The position numbers were made by a program, and so were the translations under genes. Below, in pieces: positions 13,483-27,914 of a DNA stretch of 64,000 nt. The notes beneath the pieces are model-generated. The model did no database searches, was not told the DNA's origin, and saw only the letters and a list, made by a program, of their open reading frames with translations. Source of the DNA: Octopus vulgaris (Eukaryota); assembly GCA_951406725.2 (NCBI GenBank), contig OX597840.1, positions 37,076,001 to 37,140,000 of the forward strand, in the 5' to 3' direction. Position 1 is the first letter of the stretch. Each line of letters starts with the position of its first letter.

Positions 13483-13783
13483 ATTTACGACATAAATATT
13501 GGACAGTCCGTACATTCATCATTTCAATGAGACATGCAATAGAACAAACATTTTCTTAGATACGCAATGTCGTTCTTGAATGAAAATCACGGAATAATTA
13601 ATTAGTCTGAAAACGGTGATTGTCCACCTTCTATAGAATATATTTACATAGGAATTAGGTTTTATTAAGATACCTTGATTTGGTTGAACTTTGATATATA
13701 ATCTGAAACCCTGGCGATTCGCACGAGATTATATAAATATGTATATATATATATGGACGTTCTATCTCTTAAATGTATGTATG

Positions 13784-13827
<44 letters not shown>

Positions 13828-13855
13828 GGACGTCTGTCTCTTAATTCTATGTATG

Positions 13856-13896
<41 letters not shown>

Positions 13897-13923
13897 AGGA
13901 TCTGTCTCTTAATTCTATGTATG

Positions 13924-13966
<43 letters not shown>

Positions 13967-15262
13967 GCATGTATGTATACATGTAAGTATATATATATAT
14001 ATACATCTGTCTCTCTATATATGTATATAGGTATGTAAATATATATTTATGTGTATCGATGTATGTATGTAGTCGAAAAAATTTTCAGGTGGAAGGAATC
14101 AATTGTTTCCATCAACCAATCGCGACATGGAAACATGTCTTCGTCTTCATATCCATGCAGGAAAATATAATTTGAATAAATAAATATTTATACACGACAA
14201 CAATAGCAACAAACATCTATGAAAACAAAGCAAAAATCAAACAGAAAAGCAAAGAATTTGAAAAGCAATTAAGAAACAAAAGAAAGAAAAAAGCAGAATG
14301 TCAAAAACGGTAAAAGAGAAACCATGTTAAAAGAGAAGAAAAAAATGGAGTAACATATCAGAGAAAACAATAAGCAATATTCTGTTTTTAAAAAATGGCT
14401 ATCTAATAGTTTCGTTAATCGAAAGAAAACCTGATAAAAATTGCTATCTCTTCGCATTATATTAGATTGTAAGATTTTTTTTATTAAGTGATGGGCAGGA
14501 GTGGGAAGGAGACCTGCTTTATTTGTTTCTTTTATTATTTTTTTTCCTGTACAAAGACTGCCACTTTCTCTTTTAATACAACCCAACTCCATTCCTCACA
14601 GCCCTCCGCCATATTTCCTTATTACCATCCAATCTTATTGAATGATACAAATTTACTATTAACGAGATTCCTAATGAATTCAAAATAGCATCTCAAATCT
14701 TTCTAGTACCGATCTCTGTCTTTTTTCTCTTATTTTACATTCATACATTTTCCCAATTTATTTTCAATGTTTTTTTTTATCTTATTCTTCTTTTATCATT
14801 TTTACTTTGTATTATTTTGTTTTTCGTCTTGTCTTTGTTCTTCTTATTGTTGTTCCTTCTTATAAAATTATTATATTCTACTTTAATTATGCAATTTTCT
14901 TCCAATTCTCTCTCTTTCTCTCTCACACTCAGACATTCATAAATACATATATATTCACATATTTAATATATATTCACATACTTAAACACACACACACACA
15001 CTTGTTTGCCCAGCATGTCTTTCTCCCTGTGTCCCTCTCTCTCTCTGTTGCTCTCTTCCTCTCTTCCTTTTTTTCTGTTGTTTCGCTGCTCTAACTCTCT
15101 TTTCTTCTCTATTGATGTGTCGTTTAATCATATATCCCCCCCTCACACACACACACATTCTTTCTCTTGCCGTTGTGTGTCTTACTCTGTTACGCTTAGT
15201 TTTTATTTCCCCCCTCGCTATCATTTGAGGTTGCTTTTATATATACATACATACATACATAC

Positions 15263-15318
<56 letters not shown>

Positions 15319-16122
15319 GTGTGTGTGTGGTGTGGTGTGTGAAGCTGTCATGGCTATATATTTCGGAAGAACATGCTAAAATCGATAATTAATCAAAGTC
15401 TTGATGAATAGAATATTCAAATAGTTTGAATCATTTTTGCATTTTGTTTATAATACAAACATTTTTTTTTTTTGGTTGTTGTTCCAGCTCTGAATTTAAT
15501 ATTTAGCTTCTTTGAATGCAGCTGGTGCACCATTAAGCCTATAAACTTTTGCAGCTGGTATTAATATTCAAGCTATGGTGCACATCTGCATCTGCCTGTT
15601 GTTGTTATTGTTGTTGTTGTCATTATTCTCGCTGCTGTTGTTGTTGTTGTATAACCTCAGGTGAATCCTGGTCGATCAAATCCGTGTTCAAATATTTGTT
15701 CCACCTGTGAGAAAACACATGTAGAGTGTAATGTTTTAGAATTTAAGACATCAGCATTGTGATCTGAGGGATATCTGGCTGCTATTTCTAGCAAAATACG
15801 ATTCTAGGCATGATATTCCATGTTTGTAGAGCTTCGTGTATCTTGTATTGTACGATGCATTATTTTTTTACCTTAATTAAGAGACTGATGGGTGAGCTTG
15901 GAGGGCCAACTGGCTGCCATGTCTTACAGATTGATATGTACTATTGAAATTCATATCAAATAAACTGCATATCGTATGTTATGTGAGAGTGTGTATATGT
16001 TGGTGTTTGTCCTCCACAAGCCTTTGACGTCCCCGTAACTTAGCGTTCGGAAAAAGGAGCCCGATAGAATAATGTCAAAACTTAGAAGTAAATAAGTACA
16101 GGGGGTCGATTTTTGGGGCAGT

Positions 16123-16174
16123 CTATCTATTCTGTGTATCTTTCTATCTATCTAACTATCTATCTATCTGACTG

Positions 16175-16209
<35 letters not shown>

Positions 16210-16352
16210 CTCTGTCTATCTATCTGACTGTCTATCTATCTATCTATCTGACTATCTATCTATCTGTCTATCTGACTATCTATCTATCTGTCTATCTATC
16301 TGTCTGTCTGTCTGTCTGTCTATCTATTTATCTATCTTCCTATCTGTCTGTC
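16123..16352. repeat. (TCTA)n/(TCTG)n tetranucleotide tract
   Basis: Read directly. Confidence 0.95.
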
Positions 16353-16713
16353 TTGGAAAAGATATGTTGGGTGTTTTATTACAATGTGTAGGGTATATAT
16401 TGATGGATCTGTGTGTGAGGGTGATGCCATCCGAGTTTAAGATTTGTCAAGAATAACGTTTCTAGTGTGGTACTGTTGCTGCAGCATGGCACAGTCAACA
16501 ATACCATTACAACAGTGTGATATTAAAACATACATACTGTTACAGCAAGACAAGCACAATTTATGTCACAAACAAAAGCCAATTAAAAAAAAAATTGGCC
16601 CTACATCCAGTATTGAGTCCTTTCATGAAAAAACTGTTGTTATCTGTGAATCAAACGACCGTCACACTCTATATGCGTGTGTGTGTGTGAGCGCGCGTAT
16701 GTGCATGTATGGT

Positions 16714-16762
<49 letters not shown>

Positions 16763-17118
16763 ATATATCTAAGGAAGGGTTTTCCTGTAAAGACGTAACA
16801 ACAGAGGCTGGGTTCTTTTGAAGCTTATAAGTTTTTCATAATTCTTCTATGCTTGGAAAAATTGATCCTATTTTATCCCTTAAAAATCTCGAAATCGCGG
16901 ATTCATCTAAATAATCTTGTGACGATATTTCTTCAGTGATATCCACACTCACACGGCAACCAAGCCCCCCCCTCCACTCCCCATACACGCATACATCATA
17001 TATAAGCCAAAGCCGTCATTGGTCAGCTGGATTTCGTAGAATGTAACATGATTTACATGGTAGTGAGCAGTTGTGACCCCTCCCACGACATGGGTGCATG
17101 TTTAGGATGTCACAGGGA

Positions 17119-17168
<50 letters not shown>

Positions 17169-17221
17169 AGAAAGAAGGAAGAAATAAATAGAAGAAAGAA
17201 TGCACTGGAATGGTATTCATT

Positions 17222-17340
17222 TCCAGTTGACTGACTGGAGCAATTTGAACTAAAGTGTTGCTGAAAGAAACGTCCAGTCCAAGAATCGAACAGGCGTCCT
17301 TACGCTTGTAAGCCCAACATTTTAACCACCGTGCGCCTTC
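17222..17340 (-). mobile_element. tRNA/CORE-type SINE head (family C)
   Basis: Reverse strand reads GAAGGCGCACGGTGGTTAAAATG...GTTCGATTC...TTGCTCCAGTCAGTCAACTG. Confidence 0.55.
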
Positions 17341-17889
17341 AATGACACACGTACAAACACACCCACACTTTAACAGATATTACATTACAATGCATTGATT
17401 GCTCATTTTTAACGCTCAGAATTTTGCTGCTTCACTGAAGAGACCTAATAGTAATGCTGCAGCAGGAATTGGAAAATAACTCTCGTTATAAAAATAAAAG
17501 TAGATTGCAACAGCGAGATCAGCTTTTGACGTTTCACCGAAATCATTCGCCTCTGAGCTGTCAACAACAGTCTTAACAGGTCATGAAATAGCCATACGGC
17601 TCGTAAATTTTGTAGTGTTGTAAAAAAAAGCAAAAAGAAAAAATAACAGGATAAAAGCATAAAAATACAACCCCTCGAGGAATAAGAGAGCTAAAATAGG
17701 AGAGAGAGAGGGAGAGAGAGAGGTCTAGACAGACAGACACAGAAGGAAAGAGACAGGCAGACAGATGGGAATACTTTATTTTTATGTTGGGCGAGAAAGA
17801 TGTGAATTGTAACACTGGTAAGACTATATTGTTGAATAATAAAAGAAACAAAGAAAGAGAGGACGAAAGACACCGACAGTCAAACAGAA

Positions 17890-17943
17890 CCACACACAAG
17901 GACACACACACTCACACACACACACAAGGCCACACACACACAC

Positions 17944-17983
<40 letters not shown>

Positions 17984-18100
17984 AGGACACACACACACAA
18001 GGACACACACACACACACACACAAAGACATACACACACACAAAGACACACACACACACACACAGGGACACACACACACACACACAAAGACACACACAAGG

Positions 18101-18134
<34 letters not shown>

Positions 18135-18195
18135 TCTCTCTCTCTCTCCGACATATAGACCCATACACATACATACAAAGACACACACACACACT
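17890..18195. repeat. (CA)n tract with periodic AAGG/AAAG interruptions
   Basis: Read directly. Confidence 0.95.
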
Positions 18196-19659
18196 CAAAC
18201 AAACAACTGATATATTTCTTACGCAGCCATTGCATTATGAAGATTGTGGCCGAAACATTAAAGACATTTTCCGTTATCTAAGCAAACGGTTCTTGTCGTC
18301 AGACTCGCACTCAATTTTCTCTCATTTTTAACCAATCATTATCAATCTATTCCATTACTCTTCGCCTACCTTGTCTCGTTCTCGCTCCCACGCTCTTCCA
18401 TCATCTGTCACTCACCATATATCTCTTCATTAAATATTTCTTTCTCTTCATTGCTGCCTCCTCAATCTCTCAGTTTGTTTCCCTCTTTGCCATTCCACTT
18501 TCCCCCACGTCTCCCTCTCTTTCATGAGACAATGATATACAAGGAAGTAGGCAGGGTATCAGTGCCAGGTCACCACAGTAAGACGGATTAATGGAGGAGA
18601 TATGTAACCACATGTACTTTTATGCCGAAATATTTCAGATAACAGAAGAGAGTCGTATAACAACACACGACGTTATACATCAACCGGTTTTAATATGATT
18701 TTTTTCTCACATTTCAAATTGCCGTGTGTGTAGGAATGGATTTTGTCTTTTATTTTATTATTCTTTTACACACTTCAGTTACTCAACTACGGCCATACTG
18801 TGACACCAGAGGACGGGTCTTGTCAAGCAAAAACAGGTTTCGTTAGCGTTGTTTTATCCTTGTGTCTATATAGATAACGGAAGCTTAAGATTGGCTGAAA
18901 TTGTAGAATTTTAAATGTGTTTTTTTAATAGTTTACTATATATTTGTGGATAATATAAATTAGGTCTGCATGAACAGCATCGTCAGCTATATCAATGTAG
19001 AAAATATGCAAATATTCTACTTGTTATTTCAGAAAATTCTCGTAGTTAGAAAGAATGAAACAATATCCGGTCTCACACATATTCTATTGTTTCTTTGCCG
19101 GGTTGTTAAGTTACAAGAACGCAGAAAAGCCAACACCTGTGGTTGAGTGGTGTGGGGACAAATATAAGCATATACGAGCTTACACATGCATGGATACATG
19201 CATCCATCCAAATATCCGTCTATCCATACGTCCATCCATACATACATACATCGATAGCTCAACTGATTCACCAACTCAAGCAGATATTCAGAATCACCGA
19301 GGTCTCTCTCAACTCAAAAAGCCATGTCGCTTTGGTAGTGACCGGTTTGAACTCTCTTCAGAAGAACTTAAACATAACCCAAAGAAAAAAAAAACATACA
19401 TATATACAAATATACATATATATTTAGAATGGGCTTCGACATAGTTTCCCCTCCATCAAATGCACTCACAAGGCATTGATCGTCCAGGACTCTTGTAGAA
19501 GATATTTGTTAAGGTGGCCAAGTGAACTTCTTAGTCTTACATCCATACCCGCACACGTACCCGTTAATACTTTTGCAAGCTTGTGTTAATGTGTTTACTT
19601 GTTTGTGTGTACGTGTATGCATGTGTGTGTGTCGTCTTTGTGTACCTGTGTCGGATGTG

Positions 19660-20140
19660 CAAAATTTGAACTCAGAACCTGAAACCGAAACAGACGTTTG
19701 AGTAATGGATTCTAATTTAGGGTTCTAAGGCCGACAATTTTGGGTGGAAGGAGTTTCTCAATATCCATATTTTCAGTACTTGACTGATATTTTATTGAAC
19801 ACTTGAGGGATGAAAGGCAAGATTAACTCAGGCGGAATTTGAAATCAGAATGAAAGAGTTGCAGGAACCAGCGCTATGCAAGGCACTTTGTCCGACGCCC
19901 GAATGTTTGTACCAGATTGATGCGCTGATAATAACGATAAGTCTTTCTAATTTTTGACACGAAATCGGCAATTTTGAGAGGCAGGGAGAGTCGATTATTT
20001 CGACTCCGGTACTTATCATATGGAGCCCGAAAGGATAAAGGGCAAATTCGACCGCATTGGGGTTCGAACTCAAAAAGTAAAATCGGAAAAACGCTGCTAA
20101 GCATTTGTTCAGTGTGCTAGCGATTCAGACAGTTAGCCAC
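19660..20140 (-). mobile_element. Tandem decayed SINE family B copies
   Basis: GGATGAAAGGCAAG..AACTCAGGCGGAATTTGAA near 19810 and GAAAGGATAAAGGGCAAATTCGACC near 20030. Confidence 0.7.
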
Positions 20141-21039
20141 ATTCCTCATAAGAATAATAATTCCATCATAGGCATCAGGGATAACCAATTACATGGAGCT
20201 CAGAGCTCAAACGGTACTAAACCTATAGACCCCAAAATGTAAAATGATAGAGAACCGCCCGAGAACTCGAACTCGGCCAGTCGACTGTTAGAAAATGGAA
20301 TACATCATTGCAGAGGAGCAGAAAGAGTAACAGATATACAGATCTGAAGAACTATTTTTTGAGGTGAATAATCACTCCCAAATCTTATTTGTATTCGCAC
20401 TGGTATTTTTGTCCAGGAGACCAAATAAAGCTACTCAATAGAAATTAATTGTCTATTTATAGATGACTCTCTTTGGTAAAGATTGCAAATAGCTATACAC
20501 CTTAGTGGAAACAGTAAAACATTTGCATAAGATCAATAGGACGACTTCTGGAATTGAGAAATGTGCTATGGTAGAGTGTAAACAAGGAATACGAGTAAAA
20601 AGAGTATTGGAGTAAATCTAGTTGATAGTAGCAGAGAAAAGAGTATAGGAATATGCGTTGTAACGGCGCGTCACTGTATTCACAATTTGCTTGTAATTCC
20701 TTACAAATGGCGGATGACACATTTGTAACACTCAACCGACAACCCTCCAACTCATGGGTTTGCTTGTGGAGTCGTTGCTGATGGGAGTTTTATAAGATCG
20801 GAGAACAAATCCTACCTCAGTCACTTTTAGTCACCTTTTACGACAGCCAGAGGAAGCGTTTGCGTCTTTTCTTTGACATCCAGTCCCACAGAGCACAATA
20901 GCAAAGTACCAGATAATGTAGAATGTAAAACATTTTAGACGTGTGAGTGTAAAAATCGGCAAAATCGAAATTCTAAAACAGAAAGAATCCTTAAGAAAAA
21001 AAATATTTTGCAGAGCCAAGATATTAAAACAAGATTACA

Positions 21040-21390
21040 TAAAGAAAACATGAAACAAACAATCATTATGAAAGCAGTAACCCTAAAGATGAACGCAGGA
21101 AGAATTATTGAAATGATGAAGAATGAGGTAACGAAAATCGACAGAAAAACGAGGAGCATCTAAAAAATGTGATGTGGCTGAGATAAGGAAAGAGAGATGA
21201 GCAAGGAACAGGTTTAATGGATGTCAAAGAGATTGTAGCATTATAGATAGGTTTAGGTGTCTCTCTAGGAGAAGAAGAAATAATCCTTAAAGACGTATTA
21301 AGTGAAGGATTATTTACCGAATGTGTAGGAAGCAAAGGAAGAAAACGGGAAGTTAATATGTATGCATCAACATGCCTGCATAGGTGAAAA
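21040..21390 (+). mobile_element. Heavily decayed R4/Dong-like non-LTR retrotransposon fragment
   Basis: Translates to ..KIDRKTRSI.. and ..GTGLMDVKE.., matching the post-RT DRKTRK / GGRGL motifs of this clade. Confidence 0.45.
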
Positions 21391-21477
21391 TAGATAGCTA
21401 CCTCACTCTCTATTTTCTCTCTCTCTCACTCTGATATATATATATGTGTGTGTGTGTTTGAGTGTTTGTGTATGCAT

Positions 21478-21508
<31 letters not shown>

Positions 21509-21622
21509 CAAATATAGACACATATATACGTATATATATATATTTGTGTGTGTATATATATACATATATATATATATATATACACGTATACATACATATA
21601 TCTACACACATATATATATACA

Positions 21623-22083
21623 TAATAATAATAATAATAATGTTCGTCCTTCGGTTCGAAGATGACCAACTGACATCATCTGATGGAACTGCCGCCATGA
21701 GACCTTCTTTCTTTGTTTCGACCGCTTGGAAAGGATCCCCGCCAGCCGCGGTTTGCTGACCAGGGTGAGGTGAGGCAGGCTATGTTTAGGGCAACCTTTT
21801 CTAGCCCCGTCCTCATGCTGGGGAGGCGAGCAGAGCGATCCTGAAGAGGGCTGCTCGGTCACTCAGGAGGCTGCCGGACTCCACTGCTGCCTCAGTTCAG
21901 TGAGGGGCGACCACATGTCCTGAGCCGCCTGTGTGTGGGTTCACGACTGCAGCTCCCAGTGTATCCTCACCTGCTACTTCGCCGTTTCCCCATCGCCACA
22001 GGACTTTGGGATGGTGTCATGGCGTCATGATGTCGTGGCATGCGCGTGACTTGGATTATAGTGAGGGTGACTTGCGCAGGATC
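21623..22083 (-). mobile_element. Bipartite non-autonomous RTE-clade element (5' region fused to 3' end)
   Basis: GC-rich island. Minus strand has an RTE-type 5' region (GAGCAGCCC..GGGGCTAGAAAAGG.TGCCCTAAA..GCGGTCGAAACAAAG) joined to GGTCATCTTCGAACCGAAGGACGAAC and an (ATT)n tail. Confidence 0.7.
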
Positions 22084-22544
22084 ATACATACATATATATA
22101 TATACACACACACACAAATATATATATATATACACATACATATATACATACATATATATATACATACGTATATACACATACATATATATATATATACACA
22201 CACGTATATTCATGCATAAATACATATATACATACATATATATGCACACTTATATGTGCATCCTTATGCGCGTATGTGTATATATCGAAAGATATACACA
22301 CATACATGCATATGTATGTATGTAAATATCAATAAATCAATGTATAAACATATATCTATATATGACTAGCTATGATCCTGTAACGCGTCTCTGTATAAGG
22401 GCTGAATGAGACTGTTTTAAATATATATACACACACACATACATATATATAGATGTACATACACATTGATATATATATACATACACATTGATATATATAT
22501 ATATATACATACACATTGATATATATATATATATACATACACAT

Positions 22545-22582
<38 letters not shown>

Positions 22583-22926
22583 TTATATAAATATATATAT
22601 ATATATATATACATTTATATATATATAAATATATAAATATATATATATAATTGTGTGTGTGCATGTGTGTATTTCTTTGCTGTTTTGTGTGTATGAGTCT
22701 TTGCCTCTCTGTGTGTGTTTATATGTGCCTCTGTGTGTATGTGTGTCTCTGTATGTATATAGAAAAGTACACAGACACAAACAAAATTGTAGCAGAGCTT
22801 GATAAATATATAGATTGATAGATATTTAGATAAATAAATGAGTTACTGTTTAAGTTTCGGTTAAAATAAAACACAAGATGAGCGAATTATGGGAAAAGAG
22901 GGTTTTATTTTTGTTTTGACTGGTAA

Positions 22927-22990
22927 TTTTATGGCTGACTTAACTTAATTAGTTGTCATGGCAACTGAGAGAGGTGAAAACTGATTGATG
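22927..22990. promoter_or_regulatory. Candidate enhancer motif cluster with an RFX X-box
   Basis: GTTGTCATGGCAAC at 22952-22965, flanked by TTTTATGG, TAATTA and TGATTGAT within 65 bp of non-repetitive DNA. Confidence 0.35.
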
Positions 22991-23344
22991 ATTTGATGTA
23001 CTTCTGACTCTGCCTCCGTCGAACTCGGCGTTGGTCTATCTGTTGCTAATATTCTCTCCTTCTTGTCTGTCTGTCTCTTTCTCTCTTCTTCTTTCCTCCT
23101 CACGTCTGTCTCTGTTCATAACATAAACTGTTTCTTCCTCTTCTCTCCTTCTCTCCTTTCTCTTTTTCTTTCTTCTCTCGTCTCCTTGTCATCCTGTTTT
23201 CGCTTCTTCTCCTCTCTTCCTTATGTCTGCCTCTCTCTCTTTCTCATTCTTTGTTTCTCCTTTTCTCTCCTTCTCTCCTTTTGACAATCTCTCTCTCCTT
23301 GTCTCTCTCTCACTGTCTGTCTGTCTGTCTCTCTCCCTCCACCT

Positions 23345-23540
23345 CTGTCTCTCCTTCCCCCTCTGTCTCTCCCTCTCCCTCTGCTTCTTCTCCACTGTCT
23401 CTCCTTCCCCCTCTGTCTCTCCCTCTCCCTCTGCTTCTTCTCCTCCACTGTCTCTCCTTTCCCCTCTGTCTCTCCCCTCCCTCTGCTTCTTCTCCTCCAC
23501 TGTCTCTCCTTTCCCTCTCTGTCTCCCCCTTCCCCCCTCT
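23345..23540. repeat. CT-rich minisatellite, 50-53 bp unit, about 3.7 copies
   Basis: Unit CTGTCTCTCCTTCCCCCTCTGTCTCTCCCTCTCCCTCTGCTTCTTCTCCA. Confidence 0.9.
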
Positions 23541-24154
23541 CTCTCCTTGGGACTTTCTATATTTCTGCCCCCACGAAGCAGAAGTGCCGAGTGGAGCAAA
23601 GATTAGCTACTGTTTCTTGCAGAGAGATGGGCCCCACATGAATGCCAGAAATATTTTCCGAATATTTTACACTGTAGTTATTATCACTGAAGTTTAGCGC
23701 CAGCTCTGCACTACTGGAGTAGACTCACGATCAAAGACACTCCATTCGTGACCATCCTGTCTTAGTTTCACTAATGTTTAATTCAGATTCTTATGTAAAG
23801 TCGTCTTCCAGATTGCTTTTCAAGACAATAGTAGGGTTTTTGTAGAGGGGGATTTGGCAGCAAGTTTTTAGCTGGTTGAGCGATTAACTACTTGGGCGTT
23901 GCTATGGTCAGGTAAATCGAGCCAGTCAGTCATCAAATTCGTTTCCACCACGACCATCCAGTTGATTTATTTCTCAGATAAAATTTATCGAGTACTTCTC
24001 TTAACCAACGTTATATTTTCTTATTTTCTGTCGTAAGAGGAAAAGGTTTCTTTCAAGGGTCATGTAGCTGCGATTTTTAGCAGGTATAATCTAGGGGATT
24101 CATAATAGCTTCATTATCTGTCTGCGATGTATGTAAGTATGTATTATATATGTA

Positions 24155-24268
24155 TGTCATTATTCAGTTTACTTAAAGATTTCTTACCAATAGAGAATGA
24201 ACTGGTTTCTAACCTAGATCTAAGGCTTCTTCGTTGGAATTTCAACATCAACAACAGGGTATTTTTGT
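24155..24268 (-). mobile_element. Short repeat in (GTAT)n context with a degenerate hammerhead-like motif
   Basis: GTCATTATTCAG...GGAATTTCAACATCAA..A..GGGTATTTTTGT, shared with 58280-58390. Confidence 0.6.
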
Positions 24269-26413
24269 TTGTATGTATGTGTGTGTATGTACGTACGTAT
24301 GTATGTTTCTGTGCTTGTTTGTGTGCAGGTATTTATGTCTGTTTGCGTGATATGTTTGTGTGTGTGTCTGAGTATGTGTATGTGTGTGTCTATGCATGCT
24401 TGCCTACATTCGTGCATATCTATCTATTTACTCATCGATGTGCCTACCCTCTTGTTCGTCCATGCACGTGTGAATGTCTGTCTGTCTGTCTGTTTGACTG
24501 TTTCTTTGACTTGAGTTATTCAGTCATGACGTAATCAAATTTGTCCTTCATCTCCACGCTCCCAGGCTTTCATGAAATACGGTACCACTGAAACATAAGA
24601 CTAGATTTAAATAATTAATTAAAAAAACAAATTAGTCTTCATTCCTTTCGTATGTTATTGGTGACGTTGATACCAGTAATTTACAGGGCAGAGTCATTCA
24701 ACCACAATAAACGCGCTTGTGGGCTACAATTACGTTATATTAGGCGAAATTAAAACAAAATTAATCAGATTTTAATACCCATGGATTAATATCTCTCCCC
24801 TATTTATGTGGAGCCATCAAAAGTCGAGCGACTCGTCACCACGTTTAACACCATCATCTGTCCCTTGGGGTACCATTCGCAGAATCAACATTTTGACAGA
24901 GTCCATTCCACTGCAAATGTAGAGCTTTGACTGTAATTACCCCCGCTCTATCTCTTTCTCAGCAGTCTTTATCCTTAAAAAAAAAGGCTACTGGTTTCCA
25001 TGGAAATGGCTATTACTCTGTACGTAAATTTCTCTTTCCCCCGATTACTAAAATAACCAATTTCCAACGAAGTATAAAATACATTTCATGAATTTTCTCC
25101 AGGTTACAATTAATTTCGTCTTAATTTCAATAAAATGTCTCTCTTCGTAATACAACTAAATAAATTACAGGTTAAATGATGCTGAAGATTTCTGAAAATA
25201 ACGAAATAGTGCCATAAATAATTACGACTAACTAGAAATTATAGGAACTTCTTAACGGATAAAATAAATAATACACATGCCAACACAATGCACTTTGTTT
25301 TTGATATTCCTAAAATTTCAAACTGAAATTGTGAATGTACAGTTATCTCCCTTGTGTTAACGATTTCAACGAGAATAATCCACGTGCGTTTGATTAGAAA
25401 GAAAAATATTCATTTATGTACGTAGACGACACAACATCAACAGTAATTATAGTGTATCTGGCTACTATTCCAGTTTAGGGTGTCTAACTGCGACGTTGTG
25501 TTGTTTGGATGAGTTGTACCTAAAGTACTGCAATGAAAATGAAATTAGAGTACAGAAAAACACAAAATAAAAGAAATATGTCGGTCTTTTGAATACATAA
25601 CGAAAAATATTTCTGCTAAGTGAAAGCAATACAATTATATGGAAAATAGTCTGTAGGGCAAACGTTACCAAAGGGCTCGAAATGCTGAAATATAATAACG
25701 GTTAAATCTTCCTCGTCTTGGAAGAGAAAATGCTTGTTGCTGTAGGAGAGAAATTATTTTGTCCCTGAAAGTACAGGACGGGACCGGGTGGAAGATCTTA
25801 TCGACCTGATCAGGGGCTACAATGAGAACTACTATTTTATAGATCAAACTGCTAGAATTAACTCCCAAATTTTCTCAAACCACGCACTGCTGCCTTAAGA
25901 ATGAGGTGATAATGGATAATGTAACCCTAGTTAGACTATAATAGAATAAAGGCGTATTGATCAATGTTGAAATGATTTGGATGGCAGATATTCTCGAGTG
26001 AGTCTGACCTGGGGATAAACAAGAACAGCAACAAAGACAGACAAATTAGACAGCAGAATGCGTCAAGAGAAACCAGGAGTAGAAACGAAATAAGAACAGA
26101 TGCCATCGTTCCGGCTGTTAATGTATTTGACTGTACGTCAACCCCATTTGATCTGACCTAGGGCTAAATAACAACAGGAAGCAAAAGATATAAAAATAAC
26201 AGAAAAGAAAGAAAAAACAATGTGGAAAGCTAACACTCAGGATGGTGAAACAAAATTTAATGGAAGAGATAAATAAGATGGTCGGAGATTGTCTGGTGGT
26301 TAGGGAGGTGGGTTTATAAATCAAACAACCTAATAGGCATTGTCTTAATAACAATATTTGGAATCAAATTAATAGTCTCCGATATTAATTGCTTTTCTTT
26401 TTCGCTTCAACCC

Positions 26414-26457
<44 letters not shown>

Positions 26458-26628
26458 TTCTCATCCTCTATTTTCCTCCTCTTCATCTCCCTCCTCTTCG
26501 GTATTCTTGTTTTCCCCTCTCATTCTATTTCACCCTATCACTACCACTCTTTTTTCAATCTCTCTCTCGCTCTTTCTCTCTCAACCTCACAGTCATCCCA
26601 TTCTACTCTCTCTCTCTATCTATCTATC

Positions 26629-26749
26629 TATCTGATTCTCCCCTTTTATCAATGGTAATGTATCCATCATTGTTCCTCTCGCTCCCTCCAATCTAGCCCC
26701 ACCCAGCTATTTACCTTTTTATCATCTCCTTATTTGTCTGTCTCCCTGC

Positions 26750-26780
<31 letters not shown>

Positions 26781-26931
26781 ACAGATTCTCTCTTTATCTG
26801 ATTCTTCCCCCTTTATCAATGGTAATGTATCCATCATTGTTCCTCTCGCTCCCTCCTATCTACATCCACCCCTCCGCTTGTCACCCAGCTATTTGCCTTT
26901 TCATCATCTCCTTATTTGTCTGTCTCCCTGC
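26629..26931. repeat. Local tandem duplication (~120-135 bp, 2 copies)
   Basis: TTTATCAATGGTAATGTATCCATCATTGTTCCTCTCGCTCCCTCC occurs twice, separated by (CT)n. Confidence 0.9.
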
Positions 26932-27405
26932 TTCTCTCCCCCCTCCCCTCTCTGTCTGTCTGTCTGTCTGTCTGTCTCTCAGTGTCTCACAATGGTTACC
27001 TGTTTAGTCTTAATCTCTCGACCTATCGATTTCTCTTCTTAATTTCCCACCATCTTCCCCTAGTCTCTCCCATATTAACGCCCCAATCATCTCTATATCG
27101 CTATGTAATACAAATATTCGTCATTTCGCTGTCTCTGTCCACCTCTTATACATATCCATATATATATATATTTTTTCCTTCTGTTTCGTCTATTCACCAA
27201 TAATGACGGTTGTAGGTATTCGGTCTTCAGGGCTTTCACAAAACAGTTTTTCCATCTCCATCATTCGATCAAGTCGCGATATAATTCGTCAAATACCACC
27301 TATGTGTACTTATATAAACACACACGTATACATACACACACACGTTCCACCATAAATAAAAATATATAGAAATACATATGTCTCGGCTTACTCTATTCTT
27401 CAAGA

Positions 27406-27442
<37 letters not shown>

Positions 27443-27914
27443 TATACATATATAAAATATAGGTATATATTTATATATACCATATATAAAATTACGTTTA
27501 TCCGTATGTATGGATGTAACATAACTATATATATATATATATATATACACGTGTGTGTATGTGTGTGTGTGGCATATAGAAACATTCGTTTAATTTATAT
27601 ACACACGTATAACAGTGTGTGTGTGTATGAATATATATAAATATATATAAATGATATATTTTCGCTATTGTCTCTTCACCATTAAGCTGTCTTTCGCTTA
27701 CTGCAGCGCCACCTTTAATCGCGTCCCAACCCCTACTCCACGTATTTCAAGAAATAGACAGCAAATTACTCTCGGACAATATTTCACCTAAAACTTTTTC
27801 ATATTTGTTTAGTTTCACACAACTATATCAACACATATATCATATTTTCATATATCCATCCAGTCACTCAATCTTTCTTTCTCTATCTGATATATATATA
27901 TATATATATATATA

